Both the position numbers and the translations under genes were made by a program. Shown piece after piece: positions 47,603 through 56,543 of a stretch of DNA of 64,000 nt (position 1 is the stretch's first letter; each line of letters starts with the position of its first letter). Origin of the DNA: an uncultured Desulfatitalea sp. (GTDB lineage Bacteria > Desulfobacterota > Desulfobacteria > Desulfobacterales > Desulfosarcinaceae). The notes under the pieces are model-generated. The model made no database searches. It saw only the letters and a program-made list of their open reading frames with translations, and was not told the origin of the DNA. The DNA lies in contig CAXXMB010000002.1 in the NCBI GenBank assembly GCA_963668675.2, positions 896,001 through 960,000 on the forward strand, given 5' to 3'.

Positions 47603-49480
47603 ATGAAAGACCCTAAAAAAGGCAACTGGGAAAAACGGGTTGTGACACCGGAGGTCGCCTTGGGGCGAATCGAACCGGGTATGAACCTCTTCGTGGGAAC
47701 CGGAACCGCCGAGCCGCGGACAATGGTGAAACATCTGATGGCGTCAAAATCATACCGCCTGCAGGACCTGACCCTGATTCAGATGGTCAGCCTGGGCGAT
47801 GCCATCTCGCTCGAAGCGCTGCAGTCGAGAAAATACCGTCTGAAAACCTTCTTCTCCGGCTGGGTCGCGTCGGAAGCGATCACGGCCGGCTACGTCGACC
47901 TGATCCCATCGCGATTCTCTACCATCCCCAGGCTGATCCGCTCCGGACAGATCCCCATCGACGTGGCCGTTATCCAAATTACGCCGCCCAACGAGGCCGG
48001 GTACTGCAGCCTTGGCGTGGGGGTGGACGTCACCCGCTGGGCCATGGAGCAGGCCGAGTTGGTAGTGGGAGAGATCAACGACCAGGTGCCATTCACCTAC
48101 GGCGATACCTTTGTCTCCATCGACGAGTTCGACCTTCTGGTAAAATCCAGCGAACCGCCGATCTATTTCGACCGCTGGCCTCAGCACGACGTCTTCGACC
48201 GGGTCGCCGCGAGCGTGGCGTCGGTGATCGAAGACGGCACCTGCCTGGCCTGGAGCATCGGTCCGCTCTTCGAAGCGCTGCCCAAACACCTGGCCAACAA
48301 GAGAGATCTGGGCATTCACACGCCTTCGTTTACCGACTCGTTGATGGAGCTGGTCCAGAGCGGCGCCGTCAGCAACCGCCGCAAAGGTCTGTTCCGCGGC
48401 CGGTCCCTGGCTGGATTCGCATTGGGCAGCGCCAAACTGATGCGCTGGCTGGACCGCAACCCACTGGTCGAGTTCCAGAGTGTGGACCGGGTGTTCAGTC
48501 CGGCCGACATTGGCCGCAACGACCGGTTCGTTCTGATCATACCGGGCCGACGGGTCGATCTGGCCGGCAGGGCCGCCATGATTGTGGGCAAAGGGGATGT
48601 CACTGCAGGTCCGGGACAGATGTCGGATTTTTTCAACGGCGCAGAGATCTCCAGAGGGGGGTACACCATCGTGGCCCTGCCCAGCCGCAACCGAAAGGGC
48701 AAACCCAATGTACGTCTATCGGTGGAGGATCTGCCCAATCTGCTCAACCAGCCCGAATCGATGGACATCATCGCCACCGAGTACGGCACGGCCCACCTGC
48801 GCGGACGGACACTGCGCGAACGCGCCCAGGCACTGATTGAAATCGCCCATCCGGAAGATCGCCCGGCTCTGGTCGAAGAGGCCAAGAGGGCCCGTATTCT
48901 CTACCAGGACCAGATTTTTATCGCGGAGAGCGCCCATCTCTATCCCCAGGATGTGGCCACACGCCACACCTTCAAGAACGGTGTCAATATCCGCTTCAGG
49001 GCCATCAAACCATCAGATGAGGAACAGATGCGGCGGCTCTTCTACCGTTTCTCCGACGAAGCCATCTACTACCGCTATTTCGCCCCCATCAAAACCATGC
49101 CGCACACCGAGATGCAGGACTACGTCAATGTCGACTACCGTGAAACCCTCTCCATTGTGGGCCTGGTGGGTGAGCCCGGCCAGGAGAAGCTCATCTGCGA
49201 AGGCCGCTATGTCAAACACGACCGCCGCCCCTATGCCGACGTCGCCTTTGTCGTCGATGAAGAGTACCAGGGGCTTGGCATCGCCACCCACCTCTACCGC
49301 ATGCTCTCCCAGCACGCGCTGCAAAACGGCCTGCAAGGCTTGACCGCTGACGTGCTGGCATCCAACAAATCGATGCTCAAGGTCTTTGAAAAAGGAGATG
49401 TCCAGATGCAGGCGCGACTGCTGGACGGTGTCTATGCGCTGACCATGACCTTCAATCGTTCGACCAAGCAGGGAGACTGA
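47603..49480 (+). CDS. Acetyl-CoA hydrolase/transferase-like domain fused to GNAT acetyltransferase
   Basis: DVAVIQITPP...SLGVGVD, ATEYGTAHLRGRTLRERAQALIEIAHP; GNAT AFVVDEEYQGLGIA, ADVLASNKSML. Confidence 0.9.
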   Translation: MKDPKKGNWEKRVVTPEVALGRIEPGMNLFVGTGTAEPRTMVKHLMASKSYRLQDLTLIQMVSLGDAISLEALQSRKYRLKTFFSGWVASEAITAGYVDLIPSRFSTIPRLIRSGQIPIDVAVIQITPPNEAGYCSLGVGVDVTRWAMEQAELVVGEINDQVPFTYGDTFVSIDEFDLLVKSSEPPIYFDRWPQHDVFDRVAASVASVIEDGTCLAWSIGPLFEALPKHLANKRDLGIHTPSFTDSLMELVQSGAVSNRRKGLFRGRSLAGFALGSAKLMRWLDRNPLVEFQSVDRVFSPADIGRNDRFVLIIPGRRVDLAGRAAMIVGKGDVTAGPGQMSDFFNGAEISRGGYTIVALPSRNRKGKPNVRLSVEDLPNLLNQPESMDIIATEYGTAHLRGRTLRERAQALIEIAHPEDRPALVEEAKRARILYQDQIFIAESAHLYPQDVATRHTFKNGVNIRFRAIKPSDEEQMRRLFYRFSDEAIYYRYFAPIKTMPHTEMQDYVNVDYRETLSIVGLVGEPGQEKLICEGRYVKHDRRPYADVAFVVDEEYQGLGIATHLYRMLSQHALQNGLQGLTADVLASNKSMLKVFEKGDVQMQARLLDGVYALTMTFNRSTKQGD

Positions 49481-49516
49481 ACCAACGGTTTTCTTCGCAG
49501 AAAGGGGTATGATGTT

Positions 49517-50281
49517 ATGGAATTGGGCTTGACGGGCAAAACCGCACTGGTGACCGGCGGCTCCAAAGGCATCGGACGCGCCGTGGCCGAAACACTGGCC
49601 GCCGAAGGCTGCGCACTTCATCTGGCTGCCAGAGGAGAAGCAGCGCTGCAACAGGTAAAAGAGAAGATCGAAGCGCAATACGATCTTCCCGTGACCATCC
49701 ATCCGGTGGACCTGAGCAGCGGCGATCAGGCCCGATCCCTTGCAGAGACCTGCGCCGACATCGACATACTGGTCAACAACGCCGGGGCCATCCCCCGAGG
49801 CGACCTGTGGCAGATAGAGGAGCCTCAATGGCGCGAAGCGTGGGACCTGAAGGTGTTCGGCTACATCAATTTGACCCGTGCCGTCTACGCCCGGATGCGC
49901 TCCCAGGGCAGAGGCGTTATCGTCAATGTGATCGGTGCCGCCGGCCAGAGGCCCCTGCCCGATTACATTACCGGCGGCACCGGCAATGCCGCTCTGATGG
50001 CCTTCACCCGAGCGCTCGGCGGCAAGAGCCTTCGGGACGGAATCCGGGTCGTTGCCATCAATCCCGGCTTGATCAAAACCGACCGGCTGAAAAAACTCCT
50101 CGGAAGTATTGCCCAAAAAAAGTTCAATGATCCTTCCCGCTGGGAAGAGTTGATGCCGACCAGTCCGCCTCCGGGGGAACCCGAAGACATCGCCCGCACG
50201 GTTGCTTTTCTCGCCTCGGATTGCTCCAAATTCACCACCGGTACGGTGGTGACCATCGACGGGGGATATGCAGCGACGTGA
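49517..50281 (+). CDS. SDR family oxidoreductase
   Basis: TGGSKGIG, LVNNAG, INPG, TIDGG. Confidence 0.9.
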   Translation: MELGLTGKTALVTGGSKGIGRAVAETLAAEGCALHLAARGEAALQQVKEKIEAQYDLPVTIHPVDLSSGDQARSLAETCADIDILVNNAGAIPRGDLWQIEEPQWREAWDLKVFGYINLTRAVYARMRSQGRGVIVNVIGAAGQRPLPDYITGGTGNAALMAFTRALGGKSLRDGIRVVAINPGLIKTDRLKKLLGSIAQKKFNDPSRWEELMPTSPPPGEPEDIARTVAFLASDCSKFTTGTVVTIDGGYAAT

Positions 50282-50408
50282 GGAAAAGGAGGCTTCGTGC
50301 ACAACCCACGGTCCGCCAGGTATCATGCACCGAACTGGCGGCCGTTGGTGCGCATTTGTTCCTGCAGTGGGATCTTATTCAAATTTCTGATTGAAGGGAG
50401 GAAGTACG

Positions 50409-51914
50409 ATGAACCTTGCAGAGCTGCCCCAAAGAGAGATCGAGCGGTTTGGAGAACATGTTTCGGTCATCTTCAACGACCGGGAATTCACCAACGTCCA
50501 AATGCGCCAGATGGCACGCAAGCTCGCCAACGCATTGAAAAAACTTGGCATAGAAAAAGGCGACCGGGTCATCATCCAGATGCCCAACTGCCCCGAGGTC
50601 TACCTGAGCTTCCAGGCCGTCTACACATTGGGAGCTGTGACCGTACCGATCAACTTCATGGTAGGCGACGCGGAAACCGCCTACATCTATAAGGATACCG
50701 GCGCCAAAGCGGTCATCAGCAGCAGTATCTTCCTACCCAAAATCGAGGCCTGCCGCAAAGAGGCCCCTTCAGTCGAACACGTGATCCTTACCGAACGCGA
50801 TGCGCCCGTGGGCACCCTCTCCTTCCACGACCTGGTCGAGGCCAACAGCGACGAAATCGAAATGGTGCAGACCGCAGATGATGACCTGGCCGCCCTGATC
50901 TACACCGCCGGCACCACCGGTATGCCCAAGGGGGTCATGCACACCCACCACAGCCTCTACATCAATGCCGTCATGCAGCACGACACGGTCGGCTTGCCAT
51001 CGGGCCTGACCAGCGTCAACGTGCTGCCCCTGTGCCACTCCTACGGCATCGCCAGCCTCAACTACGGCCACATCGTCGGCGGCGGCAAAACCATCGTCCT
51101 GCCAGCCATCGACATCGACGCCATCTTTGCCACCATCGAAAAGTACAAGGCCGACATCATGGCGGCCGTACCCACCCTCTATGTCTACATGCTGATGCAT
51201 CCCGATCCCAAGAAATACGATCTGAGTTCGATGAAGTATTGGATATCGGGGTCGGCGCCGCTCACCCTCGACACCTGGCAGCGCTTCAAGGAGATGTTCG
51301 GCATCGAAATCACCGAAGGGTGGGGTTTGACCGAAGCCGGCGCCAACAATTCCGCCAACCCGTTCGACGGCGTCAAGAAGATCGGCTCGATCGGTCTCCC
51401 CATGAAGGGGACCAAGATGAAAGTGGTCGACGACCAGGGCAACGAGGTGCCCACCGGGCAGCAAGGCGAAATCCTCATCGCCGGCCCCCAGATCATGAAA
51501 GGTTACTGGAACAAGCCCGAGGAGACCGCCAAGGCGATCAAAGACGGCTGGCTCTATACTGGTGATGTGGGCTATAAAGACGAGGACGGCTACTTCTTCA
51601 TCACCGAACGCAAAAAAGACCTCATCATCAAAGGCGGCGAAAACATCGCCCCGCGCGAAATCGAAGAGGTGCTCTACAGCCATCCGTGCGTTAACGAGGC
51701 AGCCGTGGTCGGCATGCCCGACGAGGTCTACGGTGAAGAGATCAAGGCCTTCGTCGTGCTGGCGCCCGAAAAAACCGCCACTGCCGAAGAGTTGATCGAA
51801 TACTGCCAGGGTAAACTGAAGCGCTTCAAATCGCCCAAAGAGATCGTCTTTCTCGATGCCCTGCCCAAGAGCCTGGTGGGCAAGATCCTGCGCAAAGAGT
51901 TGAGAAAGATGTAA
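50409..51914 (+). CDS. Long-chain acyl-CoA ligase
   Basis: YTAGTTGMPKG, EGWGLTE, TGDVG, LPKSLVGKILR. Confidence 0.93.
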   Translation: MNLAELPQREIERFGEHVSVIFNDREFTNVQMRQMARKLANALKKLGIEKGDRVIIQMPNCPEVYLSFQAVYTLGAVTVPINFMVGDAETAYIYKDTGAKAVISSSIFLPKIEACRKEAPSVEHVILTERDAPVGTLSFHDLVEANSDEIEMVQTADDDLAALIYTAGTTGMPKGVMHTHHSLYINAVMQHDTVGLPSGLTSVNVLPLCHSYGIASLNYGHIVGGGKTIVLPAIDIDAIFATIEKYKADIMAAVPTLYVYMLMHPDPKKYDLSSMKYWISGSAPLTLDTWQRFKEMFGIEITEGWGLTEAGANNSANPFDGVKKIGSIGLPMKGTKMKVVDDQGNEVPTGQQGEILIAGPQIMKGYWNKPEETAKAIKDGWLYTGDVGYKDEDGYFFITERKKDLIIKGGENIAPREIEEVLYSHPCVNEAAVVGMPDEVYGEEIKAFVVLAPEKTATAEELIEYCQGKLKRFKSPKEIVFLDALPKSLVGKILRKELRKM

Positions 51915-51942
51915 CCGTATCAGGACCTTTTTTCCCGGGAAT

Positions 51943-51988
51943 AACCGTACCCGCAATCGGCATCCCATGTTCGATTGCGGGTACGGTT
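51943..51988. terminator. 17-bp perfect-stem hairpin between convergent genes
   Basis: AACCGTACCCGCAATCG-N12-CGATTGCGGGTACGGTT. Confidence 0.6.
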
Positions 51989-52051
51989 GATACCATCGGC
52001 AAAACGCGTCACGTTAAATCATCATCACGATATAAGGATTTCGATACCGTT

Positions 52052-53170
52052 TTAAACAAATTTTGCCTTCCAGCGCTTCATCTTCTCCGCAGGCCAAGCC
52101 ACACAAAATGCAGGCCGGCCTTTCATGACCATCTGCATACAGGCCTCGCCGCAGTCTGGGCTGCAATGGATAATGTCAGCATCCCGCCCGTCGTAGACCT
52201 TTTCCAGCCACTGCGGGTCAGCCCAGAGGACGCGCGCCAGTCCGATCAGGTCGGTCTTCCCCTCGGCGATGGCTTGGTCTGCAATCGCTCCTGTAGCTAA
52301 ACGACCGGCGGCGATAATCGGCACGTCCACCTTTGCACGAACCGCAGCGGCCAGATCGAGCATGTAGCCCTCCTGTTTGGATTTTTCCACGATTTCAGGC
52401 AGGGAGAAGGATTCATACGTGCCGCCCATGACGGAAATGTAGGCAATGCCAGCTTGAGCCAAGCTACTGGCGAATCGAACCGACTCTTCCAGCTGCAAGC
52501 CGTCAGGAAGCCATTCGTCGGATAGGAACCTGTACCCTACCGGAAAAGGATCCACCATCTCTTTGACCCGCGACAGCACATCCATGGCAAATCGCTGACG
52601 ATTTTCGAGAGTACCCCCATACGTATCGTTGCGCTTGTTGGTCCGCGGGGAGAGAAATTGCGCCAGCAGATAACCGGTGCCGCCATGCAATTCCACCATA
52701 TCGAATCCCGCCCTTTTTGCCCTGGCAGCGGCGTTCGCATATTTGTCGATGATAGACTCGATCTCTGCCTTTTCCAATGCTCTGGGCATCCGGCCGAATG
52801 TATCCACCGCAGAGGGCGCCAGCGGCTCTTTAGCTGCATGGGCAAAGCGGCCGGCGTGGTTAATCTGCAGACAGGCCAGCGCGCCCTCTTTTTTGATGGC
52901 TGAGGCAAGCCGCTTCAATCCGTCAAGGTTGTCATCGGTGTCCGCCCGCAGGGTTCGGTTGGAACCGCTGCCGACAGGATGATCCACCGATGCATTTTCA
53001 ACCACGACCATTGCCACGCCGCTGCTGGCCATCAGCCGGTAATGCTCCAGCAGCATATCGCTAACCGTACCGCCTTCACCGGCATAGCCCAGGTAGAGCG
53101 GTGCCATGGTAAGACGGTTTTTCAAGTTCAAGCCCTCTATGGTGATTTCAGAAAACAGATGTTTGTACAT
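52052..53170 (-). CDS. NADH:flavin oxidoreductase (old yellow enzyme/2,4-dienoyl-CoA reductase N-domain-like)
   Basis: LKNRLTMAP, QINHAGR, GFDMVELH, QFLSPRTNKRNDTYGG. Confidence 0.9.
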   Translation of the reverse strand: MYKHLFSEITIEGLNLKNRLTMAPLYLGYAGEGGTVSDMLLEHYRLMASSGVAMVVVENASVDHPVGSGSNRTLRADTDDNLDGLKRLASAIKKEGALACLQINHAGRFAHAAKEPLAPSAVDTFGRMPRALEKAEIESIIDKYANAAARAKRAGFDMVELHGGTGYLLAQFLSPRTNKRNDTYGGTLENRQRFAMDVLSRVKEMVDPFPVGYRFLSDEWLPDGLQLEESVRFASSLAQAGIAYISVMGGTYESFSLPEIVEKSKQEGYMLDLAAAVRAKVDVPIIAAGRLATGAIADQAIAEGKTDLIGLARVLWADPQWLEKVYDGRDADIIHCSPDCGEACMQMVMKGRPAFCVAWPAEKMKRWKAKFV

Positions 53171-53443
53171 AAGGTATCCTCCCCTTTAGCTTAGTGACTT
53201 CTGAATCATATGAGGTAACACCTAAAGTATATCCATTCTATGAAAAGAGTTACAAGAGCTTACCGGAATTTGGGCTCAGCAGCAATTCCCGGTGAACCCG
53301 CTGGAAATATACAAGACAGATAAACGGAGGCAGGGCCAGTGGGTGGCCTGCACCTTGCATTTTTCAAAGAGTTCCATCTTTATCGTTTTATTACGATCCA
53401 AAACACTGGCGTCATTCCAGCGGTCATGATATCCCCCTCTTCC

Positions 53444-55051
53444 ATGAACAATATAAAAATTGCCCTGATCGCCCCCCCCTACCCTCTCGAAGAGGCCCCG
53501 TCGCCGCCGCTGGGGCTATGTTACGTTGCAGCCGCCTGCGAGGCCGCCGGTGCGCAGGTCATCATTCTCGACTATATCGTCAGCAAGTACTCGCCCGAAA
53601 AGCTCCGGACCTCCCTGGACGACTTCAGGCCCGATGTGATAGGCGCCACCTCGGTCACCATGAACTTTCCCAAGGCGATCGACATCATCCGGGATGCCAA
53701 GGCGCATATGCCGGAGGCCATCACCATGATGGGCGGCCCACACGTCTCCTTCGACGTGGAGAACACCCTGGAGAGCCATCCGGAGCTTGATCTGATTGTG
53801 ATCGGAGAGGCCGAGCAGACCCTGCATGAGTTGATTCCGGTGATCCGGTCCCGCAGCCGGTGGCCACAAATTGCCGGCATCGCGTATTGTGGCACTGATC
53901 GGGTGGTGCGTACGCCCGAGCGGCCGCTGATCGTTGATCTGGACACCCTGCCCAAACCGGCCCGCCATCTGCTGCCCATGTCCCGCTACCAGGCGCTGGG
54001 ATTTCCGGTGAGCGTCATCACCAGCCGCGGCTGCCCCAACCGGTGCATCTTCTGCCTGGGACGCCGCATGGTCGGTAATAAACCGCGCTTCCGAAGCCCC
54101 GAAATGGTGGTGGATGAGATCGAAGGTTTGCTGGCCGAGGGTATGACCATCATCAACGTGGCCGACGACCTGTTCACGGCCAACCGCGGCCGGGTGCACG
54201 CCTTGTGTGAGGAGATCCAACGACGCGGCCTCGACTTTATCTGGAGTGTCTTCGCCCGGGTCAACACGGTCGATTTAGATCTGCTCAAGGCCATGCGGGC
54301 AGCCGGATGTTACAGCATCAGCTTCGGCATCGAATCGGGCAACACCCGGATGCTCAAGCGGGTAAGAAAGGGCATCACCCTCGAACAGGCCCGCCAGGCA
54401 GTTGCATGGAGTAAAGAGGCCGGGTTGCGCACCCACGCCTCGTTCATGGTGGGTCTGCCCGGCGAATCGATGGAGACATTGTCAGAGACCCGCCGCTTTG
54501 CCGAATCGCTGGGAATCGAGTACGGGTTTCACTTCCTCTCCCCCTTCCCCGGCACCACGGTCCGGGAGGCGATCGATCAGTATGATCTGGAAATCCTCAC
54601 CGATGATTGGACGCTTTACGACGCCAACCAAGCCATCGTACGCACCGAAGCGCTGACGCCCGAGCAGATGAATGATTTCGTAAATGTCGCGTGTCGAAAA
54701 CAGATAGAGGAGAGAGACGCCGTCGAGAGCAGATACCTCCAGGGCAACTGTTCCAAGGATGAGTACATGGCCTTTGAGGGCTACTATCGCATGAAACTGG
54801 CCTACGAGATTCTATCTGCAGATATTATAAACGAAAAAGACATATTGCCCGCCGACCCATTCAACCCTACCGCCTCCCTGGTGGCACACGTTGCTCAAAC
54901 CACCCGCATGGACAAGGGCTTGGTGGAGCGCTCGATCAATAGTTTCCTCGAGCGTGGTTTCATCAACTATCGGAAAGCCACTGAGGGGATACAGTGGTTC
55001 TGGACCAGTCATTGCAGCCCCGAGATCCCCGCTTCGCAAAACCAACCCTGA
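53444..55051 (+). CDS. Cobalamin-binding radical SAM protein
   Basis: PPLGLCYVAA, MGGPH, IGEAE, TSRGCPNRCIFC, FGIESG. Confidence 0.92.
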   Translation: MNNIKIALIAPPYPLEEAPSPPLGLCYVAAACEAAGAQVIILDYIVSKYSPEKLRTSLDDFRPDVIGATSVTMNFPKAIDIIRDAKAHMPEAITMMGGPHVSFDVENTLESHPELDLIVIGEAEQTLHELIPVIRSRSRWPQIAGIAYCGTDRVVRTPERPLIVDLDTLPKPARHLLPMSRYQALGFPVSVITSRGCPNRCIFCLGRRMVGNKPRFRSPEMVVDEIEGLLAEGMTIINVADDLFTANRGRVHALCEEIQRRGLDFIWSVFARVNTVDLDLLKAMRAAGCYSISFGIESGNTRMLKRVRKGITLEQARQAVAWSKEAGLRTHASFMVGLPGESMETLSETRRFAESLGIEYGFHFLSPFPGTTVREAIDQYDLEILTDDWTLYDANQAIVRTEALTPEQMNDFVNVACRKQIEERDAVESRYLQGNCSKDEYMAFEGYYRMKLAYEILSADIINEKDILPADPFNPTASLVAHVAQTTRMDKGLVERSINSFLERGFINYRKATEGIQWFWTSHCSPEIPASQNQP

Positions 55052-55097
55052 TCAACACCGGCACAGACTGCATCTGCCGTGTCTCGACGGACTCAGG

Positions 55098-56210
55098 TCA
55101 CGCCAGGGCCCTCTCGATCTCTTCCCCAACCATTGCCGAAGACGTTTCTTGCAACGCTGCAAGCTGCTCCCGGGCCATGCGGCCGCCGATGCGCCCCAGG
55201 GCCCAGGCGGCCATGGCCCGAACCCGCTCGTCCGGGTTGTTGCGACAGGCGACTGCAAGATCCTTGACGTAACCCTCGTCGCGGGTGTTGCCCATGGCCC
55301 GGGCGGCATTCATCTGCCAGCGCCAGATCTCTTCTGAAGGCATGTAGAACATGTGGGGCCAAATGTGGTCTTTAAAATAGGTCTCGTCCATGGCCAGCAG
55401 CCGTTCCAGTCGAAAATATTTTTCCTTGGCTGCCACTTTCGGATTCATGGGCAGCTCCTCGGCCAGCCAGGCTGCATTGCGCGGGCAGACGTTCTGGCAG
55501 CGATCGCATCCATAGACATACAGCCCCATGGGCTCGCGCAGCTCCAGGGGCGTCAGGCCCTCTCCATAGTAACTCAAGTAGGAGATGCAGCGCAGCGGAT
55601 CGATGGTGCCATCTCCTTTGAGCGCCCGGGTGGGACAGGCGGCGATACAGACGTTGCGGCACCAGTCGGGGCAATCTTTGCGGATGGTGGGCGCATCCGG
55701 TTCAAACGCGTGATCCACCACCACGGTAATGGGAATCACCCACGAACTTTGGCGGGCCGCCTTGCGTGAATAGAAGAGGCAGTTTTTGCCGAATGTCCCC
55801 AGACCGGCCCGGGCCGCAGCCATGCGGTGGGGCAGGTTGAACGGCACCTTGGAGTCGATGCCGTTGTCGCGCAGATAGCTTCGAAACGCTTTGATCCGCA
55901 CCGCCAGCCCATCCTTGGTAACCCGGTCGTCATCCAGGTAGCAGCGGCCGAAGTGGCCCTCCATGAACCTCGGGTTGGCCATCTTGAAATAGGCCTCCAT
56001 CACCACGATGATCGTTTCGGCCCCGGGCATGACACGTTTCGGATCGGTACCCTGAAGCAACGAAAACCCATTGGTCTCGACCCATCCGTAGGCCTGCTGC
56101 CGATCCTCCAAGAAGGCCCGGTGGGCCTCGAACGGTTCGGCCGAAGTAAAACCGATGTCCTCAAAACCACACGCCAACGCCTTGGCGATCACATCCTCTT
56201 TGGAAATCAT
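55098..56210 (-). CDS. Epoxyqueuosine reductase (QueG)-like Fe-S protein
   Basis: AGLGTFGKN, CRNVCIAACPTRAL, RCISYL, GCDRCQNVCP, C-terminal HEAT-like AAWALG. Confidence 0.8.
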   Translation of the reverse strand: MISKEDVIAKALACGFEDIGFTSAEPFEAHRAFLEDRQQAYGWVETNGFSLLQGTDPKRVMPGAETIIVVMEAYFKMANPRFMEGHFGRCYLDDDRVTKDGLAVRIKAFRSYLRDNGIDSKVPFNLPHRMAAARAGLGTFGKNCLFYSRKAARQSSWVIPITVVVDHAFEPDAPTIRKDCPDWCRNVCIAACPTRALKGDGTIDPLRCISYLSYYGEGLTPLELREPMGLYVYGCDRCQNVCPRNAAWLAEELPMNPKVAAKEKYFRLERLLAMDETYFKDHIWPHMFYMPSEEIWRWQMNAARAMGNTRDEGYVKDLAVACRNNPDERVRAMAAWALGRIGGRMAREQLAALQETSSAMVGEEIERALA

Positions 56211-56324
56211 CTCAGCTCCTTTCCGGTGAACAGCTAACTGCGTTTACATGGTGTAATACCTCGCTTCGCAGGGAGTGGAAAGTATAAAGTGAGTCGTCAT
56301 CCCCATTTGCGAATGCGGATGCAA

Positions 56325-56413
56325 CGGGCGGGCGTAAAGCCCTCCCCTACAACGTCTGGGTATACATACAGCCGGCAAATGGAGGCGGCTCTCGTAGGAG
56401 CGGGCTTTTCGCC
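56325..56413. repeat. Pair of degenerate GTAG-type REPs in opposite orientation
   Basis: CGGGCGGGCGTAAAGCCCTCCCCTAC and GTAGGAGCGGGCTTTTCGCC. Confidence 0.5.
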
Positions 56414-56543
56414 TTTCGAGCGCAAATAGGCTTATGCCTGGATGCTTGAAAATATCAGGGGCTCATGTATGATCCATCATCCTCTTATTTTATGAAGCGA
56501 TAGACTCACGTATGAAGGGGAGCGGTTGAAAGAGAGATCCAAC

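Noticed and set aside
55098..56210. Reductive dehalogenase
   Set aside because: No Tat signal or rdhB partner; RCISYL, GCDxCQ and the HEAT-like tail fit the QueG family.
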